A stretch of DNA of 64,000 nucleotides, taken from positions 1 to 64,000 of the IMG/VR virus record IMGVR_UViG_3300033121_000370. One strand, given 5' to 3'. Positions 1-9,019 of the stretch are shown here, piece by piece; the stretch's first letter is position 1, and every line of letters starts with the position of its first letter. Source of the DNA: a virus. Its lineage: Duplodnaviria; Caudoviricetes. Below the pieces are notes generated by a model. It searched no databases. It was given only the letters and a program-made list of their open reading frames with translations, and was not told where the DNA came from. A program made the position numbers and the translations under genes.

Positions 1-61
1 CAGCAGTGCCGGAGCCGCTTGAACCGCCTAGAATTGGTACTAGAATACCCTCAGCACTCAT
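1..61 (-). CDS. 5' part of a probable virion gene running off the window edge
   Basis: ATG at 61-59 directly after the stop of 63..389; reads MSAEGILVPILGGSSGSGTA, open to the edge. Confidence 0.4.
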   Translation of the reverse strand, partial: MSAEGILVPILGGSSGSGTA

Positions 62-62
62 G

Positions 63-389
63 TTAGACTACCCCGTAAACTACAGCAGCCCCAGTTGTGC
101 CTGTCTTGCGGAAGCGCACAGCCGAGAACTGGCCAACGAAGGCTCCAGCAAAGATAGGGTCAGTATAAGTAGATACTGTGACAATAACCGTTACAGTGGC
201 GGCAGTGCCATCCTGGTTATAAATAGGTTGGTTCGTTACTTCGAAGTAGACCGAATCCCCAGTTGTAAGGGTTCCGGTGAAGGAGCGCACAGTACCACCT
301 GAGTCGTTACGCCAGTCAAGAGGATACCAGTTTCCTGTAGCCGAGACGCTGGCTACGTCAAGAAGGGTCTGTCTGTTTAGAATTGTCAT
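63..389 (-). CDS. hypothetical virion protein
   Basis: 108-aa Thr/Gly-rich ORF in the late operon downstream of the capsid gene. Confidence 0.55.
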   Translation of the reverse strand: MTILNRQTLLDVASVSATGNWYPLDWRNDSGGTVRSFTGTLTTGDSVYFEVTNQPIYNQDGTAATVTVIVTVSTYTDPIFAGAFVGQFSAVRFRKTGTTGAAVVYGVV

Positions 390-582
390 GGTCTGGGGTA
401 TCTCTTTCTCTTTGTACGAACTTAATGTACTCCTGCATGAGGTCTACAGTCATCTTTGCAAGAGTAGTTCCTGGATTCTCCTCTCCAGGATTTAAACTTG
501 GGCTGAAGTAAGCGCCTAGGGATGGATACCCTAGGACACTTACAACATAGTCTTCAATAGTCTTAGGCGCGGGTACCGGCAT
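358..582 (-). CDS. small hypothetical protein
   Basis: ATG at 582 overlaps the end of 563..1069 and fills the gap between two genes. Confidence 0.3.
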   Translation of the reverse strand: MPVPAPKTIEDYVVSVLGYPSLGAYFSPSLNPGEENPGTTLAKMTVDLMQEYIKFVQRERDTPDHDNSKQTDPS

Positions 583-1069
583 CAAACGGCACACCAAGGG
601 TAATGGCAAAACGACCAGCACCAGCAGTAAGCGAGTTCATGGTTGCGCTCTGGGCAGCAGTTGCCGATACCAATACAGTATACGAAATAGTCGTATCAGC
701 CGTTAGCGGAATACCGAAAGTAGCTGTTCCGGCATCTGTCGCCCGGTATAGAGTACCAGTCTTGAGAGCCACGTTGGAGATAACAGCAGTAGCAGTAGAG
801 CCTACGCCCACAGTCAGGTTAGTAGTACCCACTGAGGTACCTGTCCAAAGAGCAGTACCTAGGTATGTAATATCTTCAATACAGTAGCCAGAGGGAATAA
901 CAAAGAGGTTACCGGAGGCTGAAGTAGCTGCACCAGCAACATTAGCATAGCCAAGGGATACCTGGAAAGTGACGGGGATATAGCCAGTCTGTGGGAAGGT
1001 GTAGCCTGAACGAGTATAGGCCTCTTCAGTCAGAAGGCGGGCATTGAGCGGAAGTGTAAATGTTGACAT
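563..1069 (-). CDS. probable head decoration/fibre-like virion protein
   Basis: 168-aa Ala/Thr/Gly-rich beta-type sequence in the post-capsid position. Confidence 0.55.
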   Translation of the reverse strand: MSTFTLPLNARLLTEEAYTRSGYTFPQTGYIPVTFQVSLGYANVAGAATSASGNLFVIPSGYCIEDITYLGTALWTGTSVGTTNLTVGVGSTATAVISNVALKTGTLYRATDAGTATFGIPLTADTTISYTVLVSATAAQSATMNSLTAGAGRFAITLGVPFDAGTRA

Positions 1070-1131
1070 TTCGAGGGAATTTCCTAGTAGAGAGAGGGCT
1101 TTGTGCTACCTTGCACCATAGCCTAACCGTT

Positions 1132-1190
1132 ATTATAGCATACATAAGAAAAGAGGCCCGAGTTTCCTCGGACCCCTCTCTTATAACACA
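1132..1190 (-). promoter_or_regulatory. two extended -10 elements around a hairpin
   Basis: TGTGTTATAAG (1190-1180), stem GAGGGGTCCGAG..CTCGGGCCTC, then TGCTATAAT (1140-1132). Confidence 0.55.
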
Positions 1191-1203
1191 GAATCGTTGT
1201 GAG

Positions 1204-2010
1204 TTAGACTCCTGTACACTTTAACTTATTATTAGCCCTGTGCCATTTACTCTTACAACTCAAAGAACAAACTAGTTTATCGGGGCGTAAATCAGAAATG
1301 TCCTTACTGCACCACTTACAAGCTCTTTTCTCTTCTGGGTTATGAGCATACTTAGATTCGTATTTACGCCTATAGTGCTTTCTGCAAAGGCCTTTTCCAT
1401 AGTGTTTTTCACCACACCCGTCAACTGAACATACCGTAGTAGAATTAGTGTCTACTTTGTCTCTTAACACTGGCTTTTGAAACATGGGGACTGCTGAGGT
1501 AAACCGAATAGAAGTGGAACTTCCTATTTTTTTACCTAGGTAATCTTGGACTAAATCTCTTTCTTTGTCTGTTAAAACAGAGTTGTTTAAGAACCTATTA
1601 TACAGGTATAAAGAATGCTTAGCATCTGAAATATCAGTAGCTACGCTATAGTTTACGGTTCTATTATTTAACTCTATTAATTCTAAAGCGTTATGGCACT
1701 GAGTCTTTTTTATAAGCAGGTACGGCTCAATATCTAGTAGTAGTTGCTTTACAGCGGTACTTGGACATACCCATTTGTAACAGTCCTTAGTTGACGTAAC
1801 AGAGTTATGGGTCTCTCCAGCTTTTCTGCTTATCCCTATTGAGCCTCCATATTTTTCCCTAAAAGCCTCAAGTGGAGTTAAACACGTATTAGGTACTGAG
1901 ACTACCGACTTGTATCTTACACCAAGCCTATTCTCTTTTCTTTTCTCTATAAACAGCATAATGCTGCCCTCTCCATCTATGAAAGCAGCAGCGTATTCAT
2001 TACTAATCAT
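1204..2010 (-). CDS. free-standing single-motif LAGLIDADG homing endonuclease with C-terminal Cys/His Zn-binding motifs
   Basis: N-terminal YAAAFIDGEGSI, ..PYLLIKKTQ; C-terminal CSVDGC..GLCRKH and CKWC..CSLSC. Confidence 0.85.
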   Translation of the reverse strand: MISNEYAAAFIDGEGSIMLFIEKRKENRLGVRYKSVVSVPNTCLTPLEAFREKYGGSIGISRKAGETHNSVTSTKDCYKWVCPSTAVKQLLLDIEPYLLIKKTQCHNALELIELNNRTVNYSVATDISDAKHSLYLYNRFLNNSVLTDKERDLVQDYLGKKIGSSTSIRFTSAVPMFQKPVLRDKVDTNSTTVCSVDGCGEKHYGKGLCRKHYRRKYESKYAHNPEEKRACKWCSKDISDLRPDKLVCSLSCKSKWHRANNKLKCTGV

Positions 2011-2029
2011 CTATTCCCCCAAAATAGTT

Positions 2030-2070
2030 AGGACCGAGGATGATTCCCCGGTCCCTTCTATTATAACACA
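2030..2070 (-). promoter_or_regulatory. extended -10 (TGTGTTATAAT) followed by a hairpin
   Basis: TATAAT at 2065-2060; stem GGACCGGGG/CCTCGGTCC then T-rich tract. Confidence 0.55.
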
Positions 2071-2110
2071 CATTTGGAGGCTATGTGTTATACCTTATTT
2101 TACTGGGTGT

Positions 2111-3025
2111 TTAGACCCCTGGGCTTCCTGCGATGCCTCTCCAATCTGACCAGCCAAAGCTGTACCGCTCGCGGGCCTTCATCTTCAGGTTGCCAGTGTC
2201 GAAATCGCTTTCGTTATCCTTGGTCTGTAGAGCGAGACGCTGGAAGTGCTTGAGGCTCTCCGGGATGTCGGTCTTGATGAACCATGCGTCGCTATCAGTG
2301 AAGCGATGGTTGACATGGACACCGCTCTGGAAAAGACCGAGGTCCTTCAGGGCATTGGCGTCGTTGTCGGCTGTGCCTACGCGACCATCAGACTTAAGGA
2401 TGCGGTGAACCACATAGGTAAGCTGGGGAGGGATATGTAGGCTGGTAGGCTGAGCACCAATGAGGATACCACGGTCATCCTTCATGAGCTGGATGCTGAT
2501 AACGGCATTTTCAAGTGCTGTCTCAGAGATGTCACCAGTTAGAAGGTTGCTCTGGTTGCCATCACCAATAGTGGGATGGGATGAGCTGAACAGGGCTACA
2601 CCGTCGCCGCCTAGATAGGTGGAGCTAAACCCGTTGTTCAGGATGTTAGCTGCCTTCTGCTGCTTGGATGCGGCCATTGAACGACCAACGTAGTAGGCCA
2701 TTTTCTTGCCGAGCTTCTCGTAGAGGTTATCTTCGGTCTGCTCTTCAGTGACCTGGAAGCCCATAGCAACGGTTTCGTGCTCATAGCGGGCAGTCCACGA
2801 TTCGTTAGCCGTATCGTAGAATACCGAAGCACCTTCCTCTTTGTTAGGAGCCAGGCCAAAGCCGGTCATAAACACTTCCTCTTCGAAGTACTTATCCGAC
2901 TTTTCTGTAGTAAATAGGACTTCGTGTTCGTTATCAATCGAACCGTAAGCCATGCCAAGTACCGCGTTTAGACCCGGTACTAGCTGCCGTGGAGTTGAGC
3001 CACGACTAATAGGTTGTCCTGCCAT
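2111..3025 (-). CDS. major capsid protein
   Basis: 304 aa; ISR..RQLVPGLNA N-arm, YEHETVAMGF, DFDTGNLKMKARERYSFGWSDWRG C-terminus; follows scaffold and portal. Confidence 0.85.
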   Translation of the reverse strand: MAGQPISRGSTPRQLVPGLNAVLGMAYGSIDNEHEVLFTTEKSDKYFEEEVFMTGFGLAPNKEEGASVFYDTANESWTARYEHETVAMGFQVTEEQTEDNLYEKLGKKMAYYVGRSMAASKQQKAANILNNGFSSTYLGGDGVALFSSSHPTIGDGNQSNLLTGDISETALENAVISIQLMKDDRGILIGAQPTSLHIPPQLTYVVHRILKSDGRVGTADNDANALKDLGLFQSGVHVNHRFTDSDAWFIKTDIPESLKHFQRLALQTKDNESDFDTGNLKMKARERYSFGWSDWRGIAGSPGV

Positions 3026-3047
3026 TAAATTAAATCCTTTCTAGTGA

Positions 3048-3617
3048 TTAGCCTACAGAAACTTTAGTCAAGTTCTGCTTGTTGATGAGCTGGACAAGAA
3101 CGTAGGGGTATGCGTCAGTAACAGCATTATCCGCACGGGTTGAAATGTCCAGAATCTTGACTAGACCTGTAGCTGCGTCATTGCGGCTAGCTGCCTGGAC
3201 GCGGCTGGTGGAGATGCCATAGGTAGTGTTACCTGTGCCAACAACAACGTCAAAGTTAGCGCCAACGTCACCCTGAGATACAGAACCATCGCACTGAATC
3301 TCAAAGACGCTCATTGGGTCAGTAATGACTAGAGCCTTGATTGTCTTACCAGGAGCAGCTGAAGTCCCCGCTACGAAGTAAGACTTGGGCTCACGTCCCT
3401 GGCCTTCTGGCTTGAGGCCAGCAAAGACGCCAATGGAGTAGTCGGTGCTTACAGTTACTTTCTGAATGGTACCATCGGTACCGAGCTTTACAAGGTCGCC
3501 CTTGAAGATGTTAGTGGCGTAGCTATTAGCAATAGGGTAGGTTACCATGCCGCCAATCGAGTGGCCGCTCTGGGAAAGTACGCTAATAAAACCACCATTT
3601 TTTAAAGATGAAGCCAT
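3048..3617 (-). CDS. head decoration/cement-type protein
   Basis: YPIANSYATNIFKGDLV..VITDP..FEIQCD pattern of pre-capsid head proteins. Confidence 0.6.
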   Translation of the reverse strand: MASSLKNGGFISVLSQSGHSIGGMVTYPIANSYATNIFKGDLVKLGTDGTIQKVTVSTDYSIGVFAGLKPEGQGREPKSYFVAGTSAAPGKTIKALVITDPMSVFEIQCDGSVSQGDVGANFDVVVGTGNTTYGISTSRVQAASRNDAATGLVKILDISTRADNAVTDAYPYVLVQLINKQNLTKVSVG

Positions 3618-3664
3618 CTTGGTGTTTCCTTATTAAGGGGTTAAAAGTCCTGTTTGGTGAAGGA

Positions 3665-4303
3665 TTACTCTTCTAGCAAATCTGTGTCGCCGGAGACTTC
3701 CTCGTGAATTTCTTCTGCTTTGCGCTGAGCGCGTGTAACAAAGGAACGTCTACCGGATGAGATATTACCTGGTCGAGATACTTCTGAGAGTACACCCTTG
3801 GACCTACGGAGGGTTTCCTCTTCCTTAACTTCTATTAGTGCTTCGCGCACTTCAATAGGAACCTTAGTAAGGGCAAGGTCGCCTACGGTAATGATGTCTC
3901 CATAGAGACTGTGATTTACGGGGGTATATCCGAAAGCCAGCTCAGGAGCCTCTTCTTTCGTTACGAACGTATACCCTAGTTCCAGCCAACGAGCTACATT
4001 AGCTGGGTCGTCTCGTCCGTACTCAGAAGTTTTTAACCGGGTCCAGCGCCAAGCGTAGCCCTGACGAGCTAGACGGTCAGCTGTTGCTTCCGGGATTAGA
4101 AGGACATTGGTGTAAAGAACTCGCTTCATCTTCTGCTTAAGCGCTTCTTTCAGAGCCTTGGTTGACCCTGCTCGAGTCATACCAGCTCCTGTCTTGGATG
4201 AGCGAGTGTCTGCTGCTCGTAGTTCTACAGCATCAGGTACTTCGGCAGCAATAGCGGCAGAAGTGGAGCGTTGGGGAGCTGATGTTTTTGGGGGTAAAGC
4301 CAT
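3665..4303 (-). CDS. head-module hypothetical protein
   Basis: 212-aa ORF with YAWRWTR..LELGYTFV; lies between scaffold and decoration genes. Confidence 0.6.
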   Translation of the reverse strand: MALPPKTSAPQRSTSAAIAAEVPDAVELRAADTRSSKTGAGMTRAGSTKALKEALKQKMKRVLYTNVLLIPEATADRLARQGYAWRWTRLKTSEYGRDDPANVARWLELGYTFVTKEEAPELAFGYTPVNHSLYGDIITVGDLALTKVPIEVREALIEVKEEETLRRSKGVLSEVSRPGNISSGRRSFVTRAQRKAEEIHEEVSGDTDLLEE

Positions 4304-4316
4304 TGTTTAATAATCT

Positions 4317-5480
4317 CTATTTCTTTTTCTGGGGGATGTACACGTGGGAGTAGCCGAACTTGTTCCTGGCTTCACCTAAGCGTTGCTGCTTGAACAAGAC
4401 ATCTGGAGGAATGCCCATACGATTAGCGAAGGCTTGTTCCTTGGGAGTAATACGGCCTACCTGCTTCTTGGAATTGGCTGCTGTTGAACGGGGGCCAATA
4501 TCCAGAGGGTTAACCTTCTTGGGAGCCGGAGCAACCGGAACCTTGGCTGCCGGGGCCCGAGGGACGGACTCTTCATCTGTATCCTCCTGGTCATCATCCT
4601 CAACATCAAAGTTATAGATAGAGTGAGCTTTCACCGCTAAGCCATTTTCCTTGAATACCTTGTTTACTCGCTTATTTACTTCCTCGTAGTAAGAATCTGT
4701 GTGTGGTAGGAAGCCATCACGGCGAACTTCATTATCAACCTTTAGGGCTGTTTCCATCAGGTAAGGAGAAGAAACAATGTGCTTGTTAGTCTCTCCCCAA
4801 GCCTTAACCTTGTAATCAGCAAGGACAGCCTCATTAGTAATCTGCTTGGCTTCCCGCTTGGCTGGGATACTGGACTTAATGTCTTCTGCCCGAACCTTGT
4901 AGGAATAAGCTTCCTGAAGTTCTGCCGTAGCCTCAATCTCGGCTTCAGTATCAGCCTCATTCTTGGCTTTGCGTAGCCGCTCCTTAGCAGCCTTAATCTT
5001 GTCCTCTGCCGAAGAACCCATAGTTGAAGCCAGGGCTGCCTCGTATTCGGATAGGCGCTGTTCTAGTTCTTCACGGTCTCGGAGAGCTTGAGCCCGCATC
5101 TGAGCTAGCTGCTCGTCCTTGCTCTTAATCTTGCTAACCAGCTGGTGGAAGCGCTTGGTAGAGCGAGTTTCCTTAGGCTGCTTAGGTTCATCATCTGCCG
5201 CTGTAACAGTCGAAGGCTTGGCTGGTTCAGCTTCTGGCTCTTCTTCTTCTTCTACAGGGTCTTCTAGGTCTTCGTCCTCATCATCTGACTCGCCAGCTGC
5301 AAAGCTGTAGCGGCCTAGGTCTTCATCTTCGTCATCTTCTTCTACGGGGTCAGCCTTAGCCACAAGGTCATCAGCTGCTTCGTAAATTTCTTTTTCAGTC
5401 TTCGGAGTGTTAGATGAATCTGGGGCATCCGAGGTACCAGGAACACTTAGGCTGTTCCATCCGCCTTTTGTTTTAGCCAC
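4317..5480 (-). CDS. scaffolding protein (probable)
   Basis: GTG start; acidic N-terminus, KRFHQLV coiled coil, C-terminal ITPKEQAFANRMGIP. Confidence 0.7.
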   Translation of the reverse strand: MAKTKGGWNSLSVPGTSDAPDSSNTPKTEKEIYEAADDLVAKADPVEEDDEDEDLGRYSFAAGESDDEDEDLEDPVEEEEEPEAEPAKPSTVTAADDEPKQPKETRSTKRFHQLVSKIKSKDEQLAQMRAQALRDREELEQRLSEYEAALASTMGSSAEDKIKAAKERLRKAKNEADTEAEIEATAELQEAYSYKVRAEDIKSSIPAKREAKQITNEAVLADYKVKAWGETNKHIVSSPYLMETALKVDNEVRRDGFLPHTDSYYEEVNKRVNKVFKENGLAVKAHSIYNFDVEDDDQEDTDEESVPRAPAAKVPVAPAPKKVNPLDIGPRSTAANSKKQVGRITPKEQAFANRMGIPPDVLFKQQRLGEARNKFGYSHVYIPQKKK

Positions 5481-5589
5481 GTTTGTTTATTTTCTTTTCT
5501 TATCGAGATTGATTCTATTCACTTAGGACTCTCCGGCCTGGGAAGGTAGGAGGCCTCGAGGAATGCGAGCTTCGACGCCCGAATTACAA

Positions 5590-5655
5590 GAGTAGGGGAG
5601 CCAAGTAACGTACCTGGCTCCCCTTTATAATAACACACAATATATTACTTTGCAA
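5590..5655 (-). promoter_or_regulatory. sigma70-like promoter with downstream hairpin
   Basis: TTGCAA-N17-TATTAT, then stem GGGGAGCCAGG/CTTGGCTCCCC. Confidence 0.55.
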
Positions 5656-5678
5656 ACGTAGGCGGAACTTACGCTCCT

Positions 5679-6086
5679 TTACCCGAAAATATCCTCTCGG
5701 GTTACCTTTGCAAACACAGCATCGTCAGGGATAATAACTACTTTTACGCCACGGATAGTAAGCTGAGCCCCACCGTGTTTGGGGAATACAACATAGTCTC
5801 CCGCTTCGGGCCGGGAAACATTAGCCCGTTTACCGGCATACTCTCCAATGCCGATTACTCGTCCAACAGTTACAAGCTGCTGGTTGTGCTCTTTTACTAC
5901 GCTTGGGAGGATAATACCTCCCTTTGTCTTGGATGTTATTTGGAGTGGACGAATACAGATGTACTCGTTCAGGATATTAACAGCCGGGTCAGGGGTCTCT
6001 TCTTCGGTAACCCAATCTTCGGCTGTAGCTACGCGCATCTTGCCAGTAGCGGTAGTTAGGAGTTTCTCATCGTTTACTTGAATCAT
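5679..6086 (-). CDS. groES: GroES/Cpn10-like co-chaperonin
   Basis: IRP..KTKGGIILP mobile loop, GRVIGIG, GDYVVFPKHGG. Confidence 0.8.
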   Translation of the reverse strand: MIQVNDEKLLTTATGKMRVATAEDWVTEEETPDPAVNILNEYICIRPLQITSKTKGGIILPSVVKEHNQQLVTVGRVIGIGEYAGKRANVSRPEAGDYVVFPKHGGAQLTIRGVKVVIIPDDAVFAKVTREDIFG

Positions 6087-6094
6087 CTTCTAGG

Positions 6095-6322
6095 TTACTC
6101 GCCTTGTAAGTTCTTATTTGCTTCGTCATTTGCCCAGGCTCTAATTTGCTCAAGCATCGAAAGGCTGCCCAAGGCCGTATTGTGAAGCATGGTCGAGTAG
6201 CCGTCGTGGATTGGTACATTAGCTATACCTTGAGTAGCCTTTTGCTGGTCATCCAGGTATTTGAGAAGGTCACTAAGGTAGATGTAACCTTCGATTCGTT
6301 TACTAAAAGTTGGTGTAGTCAT
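6095..6322 (-). CDS. hypothetical protein
   Basis: 75-aa ORF between the portal and groES-like genes. Confidence 0.55.
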   Translation of the reverse strand: MTTPTFSKRIEGYIYLSDLLKYLDDQQKATQGIANVPIHDGYSTMLHNTALGSLSMLEQIRAWANDEANKNLQGE

Positions 6323-6348
6323 TTCTGTATCCCGTGTGAGTGTGTAAG

Positions 6349-6376
6349 ATTATATTAGCACTTACCAGGGGTGCAA
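6349..6376 (-). promoter_or_regulatory. sigma70-like promoter
   Basis: TTGCAC-N16-TATAAT upstream of 6322. Confidence 0.5.
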
Positions 6377-6384
6377 GTAAAGAA

Positions 6385-9000
6385 CTATTTCTTTTTTGGC
6401 TTGCTGGAGGTAGCTCTAGACTGAGCTCGAATGTGCTCCAGTTCTTTCTGGTGGTCAAGGGTGCCCTCAGTTATAGCAGCCTTTCCTAGAAGGTCAATAG
6501 CCTTGTTAGCCCGCATATCCAGGGAATCCTTGGAGGCTTTAATAGCTTCTCCCTTCATCTTCTGGTCGTGCTTGATGAGGTCAGCCTTAATCTTGTTTTC
6601 CCCTAGAGCACTAGTTGCTTCGAGCTTCTTCTTCTCGATTTCAACCTTTTCCTTTTCCAAGGCTAGCTTGGCAAAGTCTCTTACTTCCTGGCTTTCGATA
6701 CGCTTGGCATCGTTTCTAGTCTTTTCTACCTGGCTCTGGGCTAGGAGCATAGCTGGGTCAACAGCGTTCTGCTGGAGCTGAGCTAGCTGCTGGGCCATCT
6801 GGGAGAGTTGCTGCATGGCCTGAGCCTGAGCAACTGCTTTACCCGGAACCTCAGGCCCTGGGTCAGTACCTGTGGCAGCCTTCATCTTCTCGGCAATGTC
6901 CAAGACCATGTGCTCACGGATATTGGCCGATAGAGCTTGTAGAGTACCTTGCAGGAACTCAGACTGAGCGTACTGGGGATTACCGAGAATAGCTTGTTTG
7001 AACGAGATGTGAGCCTGGTGGTCCTGGCCTGGGAAAGCTCTAATGGGCTTGTTCTGGCTGGCTGCCAGGAAATCACCCATCGGGTCGAGGGGCTGAGGCT
7101 CTTCAGACTGTGGTAGTAGTCTGTCTGGATTCTGCTCACCCATTGCCCGGTAGACATCCTTCAAGGCTTCCCGGATGTTGTGGACCTGTGGGAACTGTTG
7201 AGCTATCTGGAGCTTCTGTTGAGCTACAGCCATGCGCTGGGCCTGGCTGGGAATGTTGGGGTCAGATACGGGAAGTACCTGTACGTTGTCAGCGAAGTCT
7301 TCCTTGAAGATGGTCTTCTGCTGGCCTGTAACCTCATAGGGGTATTCTTCTGGCATGTTCTCGCTGAGGAGGCGATAAATGGTTTTGAACTCTCTGCGGC
7401 GGCTCCGGTGGAAGTCCCGGATAATACTTGTAGACAGCTTGCTGGAAGCGTCTAGCAGAGCCATAGTTGTGCCTACAGGGCCATAGTTGGTAGCCCCTGA
7501 AACTACGCCCTCGGTGGCGTTTGCAAACATCTGGCCCCGGTTCTCCAAGACCGAGTACATCTGAGTAAGGACTGCTGAAGGCTCCTTAAATGGAAGAGCC
7601 ATAATTGCCTTCGATATGTCCTGGACAGCTGATTCTACCTCGATGAACTCACCAGGAGAGATAACAACATCACCAGCAATCTTGGAGCCACGTAGTCTAA
7701 AACCACCTGGGATGGTAGCAAAGGTGCCAGCATCTACCAGAGAGCGCATGATGCTGGTTAGCATCTTGGCAAAGTTACCAAGGACGTGGATGTACCCTAG
7801 GGAGTAGAAACCAAAGCCACGAATGAAGTGGTAGTCAGTGATGTATTCCTTTGGCTTGTAGGTAGTATCCCCGGCTTTCCAGTTACCGTAGACACCCAGA
7901 ATCTTCCCAGATACCAGTTCCTGGATAACAATAAACGGGAGGTATTGTTTTTCGTAGTAAAGGCTTTCCTCCTCAGCCTCGGAATCGAACTGTCCCTCAG
8001 GGCTGGGATTAGCCTCCTTCATCATCTCTTTTACATCGAGGTACGTGTAGTGGTAGGCCAGGACTCTTTCATTCTCGTAGGAGACGCCTGTAATCTCTTT
8101 CAGGTACTCCCCAATTACGAACAGGTTTGCCTTCTTGGACTCGTAGGTTTCTTCCCCCTGGCCTTCCTTTTCGGAGTTCTCCAGGTCAATCTTACGGTAT
8201 ACACCGGCAGTCATCCCGCGAACGATGTCTATATCGTTACTAGGGCAAATCTCAGTGTACCGGGTAGCTGTTTCCAGGGTCTTGGTTTCCCAGTTAGTAA
8301 TAACCTGGTCAATGCGAAGGTAGCGAGAGTCTGCTGCTTCTGTGGTTGAATTCCAGACAGTCTTCTTGAACCCAGTTCCCATTAGAGATGTTCCAAGGGC
8401 ACACTTGGCACTCTCGGAAAAGAACTGGTCCATCCGGTCAGGGATGTAGTAATTCATAAACTCGCCGACACGGTTGGCCCGTTGCTCGGCTTTGTCATCG
8501 CCAACCAATCCGACAATCTTGGTCTTTACCAGGGTATCAGCGTTGTCCAGTTCGTTTACTACGTTAGCCTGGAACTTGATGGCATTCTCAATAATTAGTG
8601 GGTGGGAAGCCCCACAAGACCAATCGCCTAGAGCACCTGAGTCTTCCAACTTGATACCTAGAATGTCAATACCCTTCTTCAGGACTTCATAGTGGTCCTC
8701 GAGGCTTTCCAAATCTTCAGTGAAGCCCTCTTCAATACGCTCTTCCAGCTCTTCGAGGTATTCATCGGCCAGGAAAGTCTCAGCCAGGTTACCATCAAGA
8801 AGAGCATCTAAATCCAGCTCATCAACAGTCGTATTCCCCGAAGTATCTTCCTCGGGGGTTGTCTGGGATTCAAGGACGCTTAGAGAGCCATCCTCATCAT
8901 CTTCCATGAATTGTAGGGAGTCCAGGTAGTCCAGTTCCTTCGACGGTGGAGGAGTGAGGAAATCTGTGGGAGCGTAGGAATTTTTCTTAGAAGGTGCCAT
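6385..9000 (-). CDS. portal protein
   Basis: 871 aa; GASHPLI, GTGFKK, FYSLGYIH, LVDAGT...GGF, DNVQVLPVSDPN; follows terminase. Confidence 0.85.
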   Translation of the reverse strand: MAPSKKNSYAPTDFLTPPPSKELDYLDSLQFMEDDEDGSLSVLESQTTPEEDTSGNTTVDELDLDALLDGNLAETFLADEYLEELEERIEEGFTEDLESLEDHYEVLKKGIDILGIKLEDSGALGDWSCGASHPLIIENAIKFQANVVNELDNADTLVKTKIVGLVGDDKAEQRANRVGEFMNYYIPDRMDQFFSESAKCALGTSLMGTGFKKTVWNSTTEAADSRYLRIDQVITNWETKTLETATRYTEICPSNDIDIVRGMTAGVYRKIDLENSEKEGQGEETYESKKANLFVIGEYLKEITGVSYENERVLAYHYTYLDVKEMMKEANPSPEGQFDSEAEEESLYYEKQYLPFIVIQELVSGKILGVYGNWKAGDTTYKPKEYITDYHFIRGFGFYSLGYIHVLGNFAKMLTSIMRSLVDAGTFATIPGGFRLRGSKIAGDVVISPGEFIEVESAVQDISKAIMALPFKEPSAVLTQMYSVLENRGQMFANATEGVVSGATNYGPVGTTMALLDASSKLSTSIIRDFHRSRRREFKTIYRLLSENMPEEYPYEVTGQQKTIFKEDFADNVQVLPVSDPNIPSQAQRMAVAQQKLQIAQQFPQVHNIREALKDVYRAMGEQNPDRLLPQSEEPQPLDPMGDFLAASQNKPIRAFPGQDHQAHISFKQAILGNPQYAQSEFLQGTLQALSANIREHMVLDIAEKMKAATGTDPGPEVPGKAVAQAQAMQQLSQMAQQLAQLQQNAVDPAMLLAQSQVEKTRNDAKRIESQEVRDFAKLALEKEKVEIEKKKLEATSALGENKIKADLIKHDQKMKGEAIKASKDSLDMRANKAIDLLGKAAITEGTLDHQKELEHIRAQSRATSSKPKKK

Positions 9001-9006
9001 TCGGTT

Positions 9007-9015
9007 ATTATATCA
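9007..9015 (-). promoter_or_regulatory. extended -10 positioned for a leaderless portal mRNA
   Basis: TGATATAAT then 6 nt (AACCGA) then the portal ATG. Confidence 0.5.
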
Positions 9016-9019
9016 TCCT

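Noticed and set aside
1100-2110. Group I intron in the capsid gene
   Set aside because: The capsid ORF ends with a normal C-terminus and stop, and no P7/R/S core sequences are recognisable
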